DNA from: Heterodontus francisci
Taxonomy: Eukaryota
Direction of reading: 5' to 3'
DNA length: 64,000 nt
NCBI RefSeq assembly: GCF_036365525.1
Contig: NC_090406.1
Span: forward strand, 12,824,254 to 12,888,253
Shown: piece by piece, positions 52,771 to 64,000 of the stretch
How positions within the stretch are numbered: position 1 is the stretch's first letter
Layout of the letters: each line of letters starts with the position of its first letter
Made by a program: the position numbers and the translations under genes
The notes under the pieces: generated by a model
Told to the model about the DNA's origin: nothing
What the model saw: only the letters and a program-made list of their open reading frames with translations
The model's database searches: none

Positions 52771-53443
52771 TAAAAGGCAGCCAAATTGCGCATAGCAAGC
52801 TCCCGTAAACAGCAATGACCAATTAATGATGTTTGTTGAGCTATCATCTATTTTACAATTCTGCACAAAGTAAAATCGACTGATTGTGTTAATCAAAGCA
52901 CAGAATGTTTCATTTATTCTTGGCATTTTCTGAATACACATTAAATTGTATCTGCTAATGTTTCATTGGTATTAAATGGATCAACTAATTAACATTCGAT
53001 TGTATTGTAATAGATGGCTCCTGGGCTATAAGCTCCCTAGGAAGCTCCCTTGCTGTTCAACTCTATCCATGGCCATCTGCTCCCTTTCTTAGTGCTTTCT
53101 CCCCCAATCTACCCTCTTAAACTGTTTAAATTCCCCTGGCTCTTTATTCAGTACATTTTAGCCCTAACTACAAGTTAACAGCTAGTTTAATGTTACCTGG
53201 GCCCACTGCCCTCCCCCAGCCATACCTGCTCTTTGTTTTCCTCATTGAGCACTCAATGAAATTGAATGAAATCCGGATGAAATTGCAAAGTACAGCTGGT
53301 GATACTCTGATCTTCTACCCTGTTGTCTACACCGTCCAGATTATCCGCGGCCACGGCGTGCGGTAAGTCCAGTGCAGACAGGAAGGAGCAGCGGAACCCT
53401 AGGGTAATAAGACTATTACAGAGGGGAAGCCTTGAGAAAAAGG

Positions 53444-53620
53444 TGCCCCGAACACGTAAAAAGCCACAAAAGGCTCCTCGGCCACAACTTCAAAGCGCCC
53501 GCGGGAGATGTGAGGCTCGTAGTGCATCTGCAGCACAATGTCGGCGAATTCCTGCTGGTACTGGCGCCCGAGGCTGTCACGCACCTCCCGGAGGACGCGG
53601 ATGAGCTTTCCCGACGTCGA
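53444..53620 (-). pseudogene. Bcl-2-family (Bcl-2/Bcl-xL-like) gene fragment, BH3 to BH1, with the NWGR segment deleted
   Basis: KLIRVLREVRDSLGRQYQQEFADIVLQMHYEPHISRGRFEVVAEEPF--VAFYVFGA aligns by eye to Bcl-xL [64 protein letters not shown]; no start codon and no BH2 or TM segment. Confidence 0.72.
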
Positions 53621-53654
53621 TGGTGGGAACTGATGAAATGGTTTATTACCTGCA

Positions 53655-53921
53655 CCCCCTTTCCCCCCCCTTCCCCCTCCCTTCCCCTTCCCCTTCCCAG
53701 CTCCACTCTCCCAGCTCACCCCCCCCGCAGACCCCTCCCCCACCCCCTTCCCCCTTCGCAACCCCTTCCCAGCTCCCCCCTCGCACCATCTTCCCCTGCA
53801 CCCCCCCTTCCCCTGTACCCCCCCTTCCCCCTTACAGCCCCCTTCCCAGCTCCCCCTCGCATCCCCTTCCCTCTACCCCTCCCCCTCGCACCCCCTCCTC
53901 CCACCAGCATCCTCCTACCCC
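53655..53921. repeat. C-rich low-complexity tract (G-quadruplex-prone on - strand)
   Basis: Repeated CCCCTTCCC / CCCCAGCTCCCC / CCCCTCGCA units. Confidence 0.9.
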
Positions 53922-53934
53922 TGTGTAGGGGCCC

Positions 53935-54362
53935 TAACAACCCCACTGCCTTGTGGGCGTCTCAGGAGAGAACAAGGCTAAGGGAGTAAACCCTAACAGA
54001 AAATCCGGAGCAGAACCCCGTAGGCGGTCATGTGTCATCTTTGGCATGTTTCCAGCAGTTCCTGCAGCCATACCGGTGCCAAACGTCATGCTCTGCACTC
54101 CTTTGGACCCCACCAGAAAGGCCGAGAGGGGGGTTTTGACACTTGGGCAACTCTCAACCTCCATACATTCGCCCAGGCATCCGCCATGGAGAGGTCACTC
54201 CATAGTCGCCTCACAGCGACTGAAACAACATGGAAGGCAGCAGTTACGGGTTATAAGTCCAGCTATTGGCCTTTCTAGCCACTCTAGGTGCTGCTCCACA
54301 AACCACTGACCACCTCCAGGTGCTTACCTATTGTCTCTCGAGACAAGGAGGCCAAAGAAGAA
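53935..54362 (+). mobile_element. Non-autonomous RTE derivative (putative RTE 5' UTR-like segment joined to an RTE 3' tail)
   Basis: 54262-54362 matches the 3' end of the RTE at 16.9 kb (cactgaccacctccagg...tctcgaga.aaggaggccaaagaa); assignment of 53935-54230 to an RTE 5' UTR is from recollection only. Confidence 0.55.
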
Positions 54363-54907
54363 AATGAATCTATACATCCTGAGACCCAATGAGCCTTGGA
54401 AATTGTCACAGGACCCAGGTTACTACTTTGGAAATTCTCAACACAGCACCAAATTCCAGTTGTTATTCCTCTTTTCGTTTTGTATTATTTTTCCAATTTC
54501 CCTCCTTTCCCTCTTTGATGTCACTGACACAGAGGCCACCTGTGCATTGTCAACACTCCCAAAACAAAGCCCATGTGGCCATTCCTCATATGTGAGTGCA
54601 GAATGTAAATGCCCCGTCACCCCCACTTCTCGTGGAAATTGGCAATGCAGAAAACTGCCCACTCCAAGCTTATACTCCACTCATCCCGATTGTGCAACTG
54701 CAGTGAGCCGCTCTTCAACTGTACTTGCCACCTGCTAGACCTAAGAGTTTTGAGCCCAACATCTTTACATTCTTTGTCGCACAGTTTAGGAACCTTCATC
54801 AAGAACTGTTGCGGTTTGTACAATAACTACTTTCCGGAATCAAGAGACATGGTGTTCCCTTGGTCCCACCTTGTTGCTGGAAGTGTCATGGAGTGGGGCT
54901 TATGACT

Positions 54908-55161
54908 GGAGTTACCAACTCTCCAGGATTGCCCTTGAGTCTCCAGAAAGTGAAGAATAATCTCCTGGACGCTGATGCGATCAATCCAGGAGAAAAATCA
55001 TAGGGGCATTACAAATATGAGTTTTTTCAATTTCTTTCATTTATTAGTTAGAAAGCTATTGGAGATAGGGGCAAAGGCTGTTTTCCTGGGCAGGGCAGTT
55101 GGAAGTGCAAGGTCATGTGATGAAATCTCCAAAGATATGTTCAACCACGGTTAGTAACCCT
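54908..55161. mobile_element. Short DNA-transposon-like element with (A)GGGTTRCCAAC-type TIRs
   Basis: gagttaccaac ... gttagtaaccct; related fragment inverted at about 42360-42430. Confidence 0.55.
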
Positions 55162-55499
55162 AAGTTACATGCCAGTTGTGACCCTTACCCATTTCCTTGG
55201 TTGGGGTCATTACCATAATTAGAACCTGTACCGGGGTCATTAACGCTGCCATTCTAATGCCTGCCTAAGGTCAATGAGGTTGGTTGTCACTGTGGTCAAT
55301 GGCTGCAACATTAGCAGGCCTGTGATTCTGGACCATCATTTAAAAAATATATTTGTAAAGTGGGCCCTAAGTTAAGTCAATCACTTGGCAATCACATCAG
55401 GGAAACTGGCCACTTAAAATTGAGCCCCCTCTCCAAGAAACTTTAGCAATGCAAAATACCAGGACGCTCAGCCATCACAAGCCAGCACAGCTGCCTTGC

Positions 55500-55935
55500 T
55501 AGCTCTGGTTCAGTGGGCAGCAACCCCAAATTGGAGTCAGAAGGCTGCGGGTTCAAGTCCCAGCCCAAAGAGTTAAGCATAAAATCTAGGTGGATACTTC
55601 AGTGCAGTACTGGGGGAGTGCTGCATGATTTGAAGTGCTGTCTTTTGGATGAGATGCTAAATTGGAGCCCCATCGCTCAAGCGAATGTACTATTTTTCAA
55701 AGAAGAGTAGGAGAGCTCTGGTCTCCTGGACAATATTTATCCCTCAATCAACATTCCTAAAACAGATTATCTGGTTATTATCACATTGCTGTTTGTGGGA
55801 ATTTGCTATGTGTAAATTGGCTGCTGCATTTCCTACATTACAACAATGACTACACTTCAAAAGTGCTTCTTTGGCTGTGATGCAATTTGAGATGTCTTGA
55901 GTTTGTGAAAGACGCTATATAAACGCAAGTCTTTA
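55500..55935 (+). mobile_element. Deu-domain SINE
   Basis: Same structure as 44900-45345. Confidence 0.85.
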
Positions 55936-55952
55936 TTTTTACTTTTTACAAT

Positions 55953-56828
55953 TGTTATGACCAGGTGAGGAAGCGGTCTAGGGGTCCCTTTCAGCCTTCA
56001 CCTGGTCTTACTGTAACAGGGTTTTATTTTTTAAACACACTGTTTTTAGTTCCCCCTTGGTGAATCCTTGTTCACCGCTTTCCAATTATAAGGCAAAGAA
56101 ACAAGCACAAACAGGCTTTCTTAGGTTTAAAGAAGAAAGGTGAAATTTTATTAAACTTAAACTCTAATTCGGTTGATGCTTACGGATACACGACGTGCCC
56201 ACACTAGCATACGTATGCGATACACACATGCAAATAGAGACAGAAAAGAGCAGAAGAAAAATTAAAGTGGAAAGGTTTGAGGCAATATCTGAAGAGTTGT
56301 TGTTCCGGTTCTTCGAGCTCACTTTAGAGTCCTTGTTTGTAGGTGGATCTTGCTTTTCGTTGGGGCCCAGTATTCTTCTTAAACCTTGTTCACTGTAGGA
56401 AACCTTTCTTTCTTGGAGTTCATGTGTCTTCAATGGGTTTTTGGAGTTCTGTGAGAAAGAGATGGGAGCAGACAGGAGAGGCTGTGGTCAGCCAGCCAGG
56501 AGAGGTCTTTTCAATCCAGGAGCAAAGAGCTTTCTGCCCAAACTTTCAGTTCAGCCTACTGTACAATTCAGAAAGAAACCCAGCCTGCCAAGCAGGTTAG
56601 TCATGTGATTAACTGGTTTGACCACGTCTGTTTGTGGATTGTATTGGAGCAGGGGAGAGCTCCTTTGTTGCAACATTATCTGTTGATATGCAAAAATATC
56701 TTTCCAGCCAGGGGCCTGGCAACCCCTTGTAACAGGCGTTCTCTTCTTCCCAGCAACAATTTGAAATTTAATGTCCATGTGGTGAAATGATTATGCCTCA
56801 TTCTTGAGAGGTGGGGGCCTGCATGACA
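55953..56828 (-). mobile_element. Solo LTR
   Basis: TG...CA termini, 4-bp TSD CAAT (55949-55952 and 56829-56832); reverse-complement homologue of 8071-8816. Confidence 0.9.
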
Positions 56829-57340
56829 CAATGTATTCCTACCACTCTCCTCTGGTTATGGTGGATGTATTGTATGTCTGCTCTGGTTTCCAACAGAAAT
56901 GCTAGACAGAGGTATGCCAGTGGAGCACATTATGTGTTCAACCAGCACTAACAATAATTTCAGCCGTATAAATTTATGCCAACAGAAGAGTTAATTTTTA
57001 ACAAAGTACCAGAGTTAATCTTGCACAGACAATCTTTCCTTAACCAGATTTCCAACAGCTCCAAATTGCTATTGGCTTTTCAGTCCCGATATTCTACAAT
57101 TAAAGTGACATATGATTATTCCATCAAAAGCTACAATATCATTATTAATGACCCCTGCTCTTGGCACTGGATTCAGCTGCAGGAACTTCCATTAAGCAGG
57201 ACCTTTAATTCAGTTGTGGAGCATGAAACCGATATTGGATGGAACCCCTGTCCAAGGCCATGCTAATACATATGGAACTAATGTCTAATGAGGCTGTTAA
57301 ATCTTCCTGCAAAGAGTGAAAGATCATGGTAGAATTTACT

Positions 57341-58032
57341 GGTCTGAATTTTACCAGCCCCCAGATGGCAGGAACGGAGGTGGGTGGGCAGGTAGTGAGC
57401 AGGTGGTGGGCTGGTAAAATAGCGGGGAGCCATGTTGGGACCCCTCCCTGTCCCTGTCCTGTCGCCAGGGAAGTTTCCCAGCAGTGGGCTGTGAGGCAGA
57501 GATGGACAGTCGATTTACATAATTAAGGGCCCCATTAAGGGCTATTTTATGGAGCTGCCAGCATTTTGCTGACAGCGGAGCAGCCTTCTGCTGCATGGAG
57601 AGGCTGCCAGCTTCTGGGGTTGGGGGTGGCGGGGGGGGGGGGGGGGGAGAGTAGTGGCTATCAGAGCCAGAGGCTCCATGCCCCACATTGGGGGTGGTCT
57701 GCGGGCAGGAAAGGCCGCCCCTGCAGCCGCAACAATTCCCTCAGGTGGCCCTTGCCATCCTGAATTTTTATTTTTATTGCATTTTGAGGCGCCCCAAGGT
57801 CTCCGACTTGCCTCAGCAGTGGCCACCTACTCTCAGTGGCACTGCTGAGGCTTCAGAGCTTCCGGCCCTCTGATTGGACCAGCAACATCAGGACTCTGCC
57901 AACCTCAGGCTCTCAGGTGGCCCATTAGAATGGAGGCTGCCCACAGTAAAATCGCTGAGCTGTTCCCACTGGGCTGGGAATTGCTTTTTACCCTGACTTC
58001 GGGGTCCCGAAGCCCATGGTAAAATTCAGCCC
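57341..58032. mobile_element. MITE, PIF/Harbinger-like
   Basis: TIR GG(T/G)CTGAATTTTACCA; 3-bp TSD ACT (57338-57340 and 58033-58035). Confidence 0.85.
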
Positions 58033-59969
58033 ACTGATTCACTGGTGAGTAGGTCTTATTTGCAACAGTAAATCTGACAGAGTGCAAGCATCTCTTGAAA
58101 TTGAAGATTTTTCCCTTATCATGGAACCTTAGAATAATACAGCTCAGGAGGAGACCATTCCTCCCATCATGCCAGTGCTGGCTCTTTGAAAGCTATCCAG
58201 TTAGTCCCACTCCCCTGCTCTTTATTTGGAGAGTTTGGAGAGAATGTAGCAAGCTAGACTTTTCAGTCAGATCAATTAAAAAAGGCTGAGAATTCCACAT
58301 GGCCATTGTCTATCCCAATAGCTCAGAGAAATGCACTGGTCGGTGTGGATGTGAGTTATACCAAATGAGAAAGGTAATAGATTCAACCTGAAATTGGTGC
58401 TCGGTTAACTGGTCTCAGCTGGGACAGCAGTTGTGGGACTTGCAATTGATCTCAGTGTCAATGGGCTGGAGACAGGAAAAAAACTTAGCCTGGTACCTAC
58501 TCCTGATTGCTATCCAGCAACAGTAGCTGGACGTATGTGTATGTCGGGGTGGATTGGGTTTGTTTATATTCATTCTAGAGATATCGCCAGCAAGACCAAT
58601 GTTTACTACCCAACCCTCGCCGCTGTTGAGAAGGTGGAATTGAGCCTCCTTTTTGAACCTCTGCAGTGCATGTGGTGAAGTTGTGCTTACGATATTGTGG
58701 GTGCGGGAATTCCAGGATTTTGACCCAGTGCCCATGAATGAACGGTGTTATAAATATCCAAGTTGGGATGGTGTGTGACTAGGAGGCGATGGTGTACCAA
58801 TGTACCTGCTGCCTTTGTCCTTCTAGGTGGTGGAGGTCATGGATTTGGATGTGTTGCCAGGTTTGGGCTCAGCTGTGATCTACACTTGATCAAATATCCA
58901 GCTGACACTTAAGGGTAGATTTAATGAATTTGAAAATTACTTTTCTGGTTTGAAAATCCTGGGGGACCTGCTGACCTCCAGGCCCAAATTCACAATGGGC
59001 TCTTGCTGTGCAAGTATTCTCACTGGATCTAGCTTTTAATACCTCGGGTCACACATGAAACACGGTCTTTCGGGCTAGGGCCTCCCAACCCCTTTACCCT
59101 TACATATTTCGTTGCCTTCAGGAACCAACCAGAGAATATTGGAGATGGAAGAAAAATGCATAAAGGAAGGACATTACAAGTTCACACTTTGTAATTATCC
59201 AATAAGGTAAAGAAAACTCAAAACTCATGAGCTGAGTTTACAAATTCTCATCCAAATTTGCACTTGTCATAAACTCAAAAACTGCAAACTGTTCCAATAT
59301 CGAAAAGAGAAAAAGATCATTTACATCCTTCCCAAATGTATCGACGTGCTTCAAATACAATTAATTACCACGACAATTCTTGCATAGGCAATCGCAGAAC
59401 TATTTTGTGCACCTCAAGATCCCATAAACTACACTAGGATGAAAGACTGGTTAATTGATTTTTGCTAGTGGTTATTGAGAGGAGACACTGGAAGGACTCC
59501 CTGCTCCTTTTTGTGTTATGGGGTCTTTAATGTCCACCAGAACTGCCTAAGTAGGAAGATGGAACCTTTATTTAATGTGTTGTCTGACAGGTCCCACCAC
59601 CAACAAAGCAGCACTCCCTTTGGTACTGCACTGAAGTGCAAGCCTCAGTCATATGCTCAAATCATCGAATGTGGCTTGAATGCATAGCTAGCTTTTTTTA
59701 AACCAATCTTTACTAGGGTGTGGTTGGAAATTATGGGTAGTGAGACTGCCAGACTGATGCAGTAGGGAATACTCTTGTGACTTTCATATATGGCATACTG
59801 TGAGGGCCGTGCAGAGAGAATTTGTGTGTGGGCCAACACTATATGCAACTGTCTTGCACATGATTTATGCTTCCCAAGGGAAAATGTTCAGTTTCCTAGC
59901 ACGGCCATCCCTCACCTTGATGATCTAACACATTCTTAAAAATAACCTTGTTGAGAATGCACAAAAAAG

Positions 59970-60562
59970 GGAAAGACGTGCATTTCTGTAGCTCTTTTCA
60001 CAACCACAGGATGTCCCGCAGCACTTTACAGCGAATGCAGTACTTCATTTGTGTCATGGAATCTTTAATGCCCACCAGAGCCACCTATGTAGGCAGATGG
60101 GACCGTTATTTAATATGTAATTTGAAAGGTCACACCACCAACAAAACAGCACTCCCTTGGCACTGCACTGAAGTGTCAGCCTCAATTATATGCTCAAATC
60201 CAAAATAGGGTACATTTTGAAGCGCTTTTGAAGTGTAATCACTGTTGTAATGTAGGAAACAGGGCAGCTAATTTGTGCACAGCAAGCTCCCACAAATAAC
60301 AATGGTATAATGACCAGATAATCTGTGTTTTTGTGATGTTGACTGAGGGATAAACATCGGCCAGGACATAACTTTCCTGCTCGTCTTTGAAATAACGTCA
60401 TGGGATCATCTACGTGCACCTGAGAGGGCAGACCGGGACACAGTATAACATCTCATCTGAAAGTTAACATCTCCAACAGTGCAGCACTCCCTCAGTACCG
60501 CATTGGAGTGTCAGCCTAGGTTTTTGTAGAGTGGGACTTGAACCCACAACCTTCTGACTCAA
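59970..60562 (-). mobile_element. Deu-domain SINE(s), nested or rearranged
   Basis: Intact core at 60225-60562; tail and a second fragment at 59970-60200. Confidence 0.75.
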
Positions 60563-62144
60563 AACATATAGGCAAGACTCAGCATAATCCTGATCTAATT
60601 GTCTGTAACAAAACTTAATACAGCAGCAAATCATCTGTGAAAAGCAATAAGCATCATATCATTTACCAGCATAGTGAGGGATTAAATTACACTCATGTCT
60701 AGACTGGATGTAGCATTTTAAGTTGAAACTGCTTGGTGCAGCTACTACCAGAACCCCTCTCATTCAATTCCAATCACCCGAATGGAATGATTCCACTCAC
60801 TGTAGATTTATTTTACCCAAAATATTTTCTTTAACTGCCATCACAATGTCCAGTTTCCCTTTTTTGTTCTCAAGGCTCTTAGTCTTGCTACGTTACGTTT
60901 CCATAAGTATCTAGAGACATTATTGGGCAAATTAGCTATTTTCACTCCTGTGTCAAGGCAGTGAGTGTCAGGAAGTTATTGAACCACAGAGGGCATCACT
61001 GTCTCGTTCTCCCGTAACAACAAAAACTTGCATTTATATAGCGCCTTTAATGTAGTAAAACATCCCGAAGCGCTCCATAGGAGCATTATCAAACAAAATC
61101 TGACACATAGGATACACATGCAAACTCGGCAGTGGTTGTGTTTAGAAACCCTGGCGTTGAGTGTGATGGTAATATCCCAATGGATGATGCCAGGGCTGAG
61201 ATCAGCAAACTTGGGATAGATCTTGAAGCAAACCTGAGCCTTTGTGTCATTATCATGCAGGGTGGTAAAAATACTAAAAATATTCTTATCCTTGAGTTCC
61301 TGAAATAGCGGTGACACATTAAAGTTGTAGTTGGTAATTTCTTCAACCTGCAATAAAGACAAATACAATAATTCAGTCCTAATCTTGTTTCTTTTTAATT
61401 ATTGCTATAATTTAGATTCTGAATCATTCCTGGGAGACAGAGTTGACTGATTGTTTTGTCTGATTGATTATTTGTGAATTGATCCAATTATCAAATTTGA
61501 ATAACGAGAACTGTACAGGAGGCAGAGGGAAAATATAGACAGCATAATAAAAATTGGATGAAGGCAAGTGACACCAAATCTGGTAAACGCTCACCGTATT
61601 TCACATAACATGGATTTTTTTGTTAAAATATTCAAATATATTCATGGACTATCAAGTGGAGGGCATAAACCTGCCATTCATCCAAATAACTTCAGCCACA
61701 GTTTGCATCAAATTGTGTGCTGACCACATTTGTCAAAGACGCATATACCAGTCTAACTAAGGGCTGCAGTCCCAGTGAACAGGAAATCTCAATAGGCAGC
61801 TACCTTCTTTGCTCCAGATTGAACAGAACCATAGCTGTAAAAGGTTAAGAAGATAATACAGTGACAAAATGAAGCATGTTTGTCCAGCTTAAACTTGGTA
61901 GTTCAGTTACAACACGGAATGGGAAACGGGGAGTGAGGTGAATTTCTTCACTATTTTCGGCATTCTTCTGGCGCATAATAAGGACAAGTAAATTTTTTGT
62001 GGTGGAAAAATTAGGCAGAAACTGTTTCCCCTAGTTCTCTATCCTGAAATCACTCCCCAGGTTTACTTTTTGGCCTTTATTTAAATTTATGGCAATGAGG
62101 CCCAGTGGCTCTGCAGCTCTGAGTTTTCTGCTTTTAAAGAAAAA

Positions 62145-62440
62145 AAGAATTTGAATTTATATAGTGACTGTCACAACCTCAGGACATCCCATAGTGCTTT
62201 AGAACCAATAAAGTGTAGTCACTGTTGTGGGGAAATGCAGCAGCCATTTTAGTGCACAGCAAACTTCCACAAACAGCAATTAGATAAATGACCAAATAAT
62301 CTTTTTTTGTTAGTGATGCTAACTGAAGAATAAATATTAGCCAGGATTTCTTGCTCGTCTTTGAAATAATGCCATGGAATCTTTTACACCCACCTGGAAA
62401 GGGCAGACAAGGCCTCGGTTTAATGTTTCAGCTGAAGGAC
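62145..62440 (-). mobile_element. Deu-domain SINE fragment
   Basis: Homology to other copies in the window. Confidence 0.75.
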
Positions 62441-62859
62441 GACTCTGAAGAGCCTGGAGAGTTTCACTAGCAAGATCTGTAACTGAAAAATACTTTTTGT
62501 AGCAAATTCTTTTGTTACCATTCTTCCTCCATGCACTAGGACTAGCTTCTGAACCCTGGCAGGTTATTGTTCCCATTCCCTGTCACTTTGAGGGCTTCCC
62601 AAGCGCTAGAATGGCAATCTCTTTGGGCATACCCTTCTATCATTATCACGGAGGAAAAGCAACAGCACAGGATGGTGAATCATGCGACATTTAGGAAGGA
62701 TGCATTATCAGATATTAATTGCTGATTTGCTTAGCCGTAGTACAAGATGTTGAGTTTGAGCCGCTTTAACCTGAATGCATTGTGAAGGGTAGGTTGCACA
62801 TGTTTCCTTAAGAGAGTCAAGAGGTACAAAAAGTAATCGAAAAGACTAATAGAATTTTT

Positions 62860-63190
62860 AAAAAATTCGTTCATTGGATGTAGGTGCTGCTGGCCAGCAT
62901 CCCTAATTGCCCTTGAGAAGGTGGTGGTGGTGTGATGCCTTCTTGAACCGCTGCAATCCGTGTGGTGTAGGTACACCCACAATGCTGTTAAGCAGTGAGT
63001 TCCAGGATTTTGACACAATGACAGTGAAGGAATGGCGCCATATGTCCAAGTCAGGATGGTTTGTGACTTGGAGGGGAGCTCTCCGGTGGTGGTGTTCCCA
63101 TGCATCTGCTGCCCTTGTGCTTCTAGATGGTAGAGTTTGTGTGATTGGAAGGAGCTGTTGAGAAAGACTTGGTGAGCTGCTGCAGTGCAT
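62860..63190 (-). mobile_element. CR1/L2-superclade LINE 3' end
   Basis: Reverse complement of the 52.4-52.77 kb segment. Confidence 0.8.
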
Positions 63191-63194
63191 TTTC

Positions 63195-63602
63195 TTGGTC
63201 TTTATCTCAAAGGTGTTTGAACAGGTGCTTCAGTTGCACAGGGCCTTGGTCAGACTGCATCTGAAATACTGTGTTCAGTTTTGGGCATGAAACCTTTGGA
63301 AAGATATTCTGACCCTGGAAATTGTACAGTGCAGATTGATCAGCATTCACCAGGGCTTAAAGGATTAAATTGTGAGGGCAGGTTACATTAACTTGGCTTG
63401 TATTCCCTTGAATTTAGGTGATTTAATTGAGGTGTTTAAAATGATAAAGGGATTTGATAGATACAGAGAAACTATTTCCACTAGTGGGGCAATACAGAGC
63501 AAGAAGACATAATCTTAAATTAGAGCTGGGCCATTTCGGAATGAAATCAGGAAGCATTTTTCACCCATTTGCGGCCAAATGGCATACTCCTGTTCTTATG
63601 TA
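63195..63602 (+). mobile_element. Old CR1 3' fragment
   Basis: ALVRLHLKYCVQFWA remnant and ttcttatg tail. Confidence 0.75.
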
Positions 63603-64000
63603 TTTTGATGCCCAGGAAGATAAGGTTGAATAGCCGATCCGTTAACTTGCCTGCCCTGGTGAGGTCATTGAACTTATTGCATCAATGATCTGCAGTACCC
63701 GGGGTGAAAGAGTTGGAACTTATTGCCAGTGCCACCTCCAACTAGATGGTGTGAATGAGGTTCCTGACCCAGCTACCCAGCAGTCTGTGACTCCTTAGCT
63801 CTACTTCCTCAATAAAGGCTTGGAGGTGCAAATATGTAATTTTCTGGGTTCTTCCTCCATGCCTGTCTGAAACCTGGGATATAAAAAGACCTCGGGTGTG
63901 AGTTTCGACTTGGATAGAGACACAAAGTGGATTGTATCATATCTTCCACCAGTTTTATTGAAGTGAATGGGAACTGATATTGGATGGGGTGTATAGCTGA

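Noticed and set aside
53432-53989. Proline-rich 185-aa ORF and overlapping Gly/Arg-rich ORFs
   Set aside because: Translation of the C-rich low-complexity tract and the antisense of the Bcl-2 fragment

Overview
This is vertebrate genomic DNA, very probably from a shark or other elasmobranch, judged from its V-SINE/HE1-like SINEs, Deu-domain SINEs, CR1, RTE, Tx1 and Penelope families. It is intron-rich and mostly transposon-derived. It contains one complete housekeeping gene, rps15 (+ strand, 4 exons, 1738-10150, 146 aa, with a 5'TOP tract and YY1/NRF1/CTCF promoter motifs). Downstream on the - strand lies an intact but extremely divergent and very small connexin gene (CDS 19154-19711, 185 aa). 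It keeps all six extracellular cysteines at canonical spacing, has essentially no C-terminal tail, carries an N-glycosylation sequon in loop E1, and has a plausible TATA box, non-coding exon 1 and poly(A) signal. This is the best candidate for an undescribed system here. Other notable items are a Bcl-2-family fragment lacking its NWGR motif (about 53444-53620), Penelope-derived hammerhead-like motifs including a 99-bp perfect inverted repeat, two unrelated retroelements inserted at the same site of one SINE family, four TSD-bounded solo LTRs, Harbinger-like MITEs, and a candidate + strand promoter with first exons near 26.7-27.2 kb (possibly apc2 by synteny, unverified). All calls were made by eye without database searches, and repeat boundaries are approximate unless a TSD is quoted.
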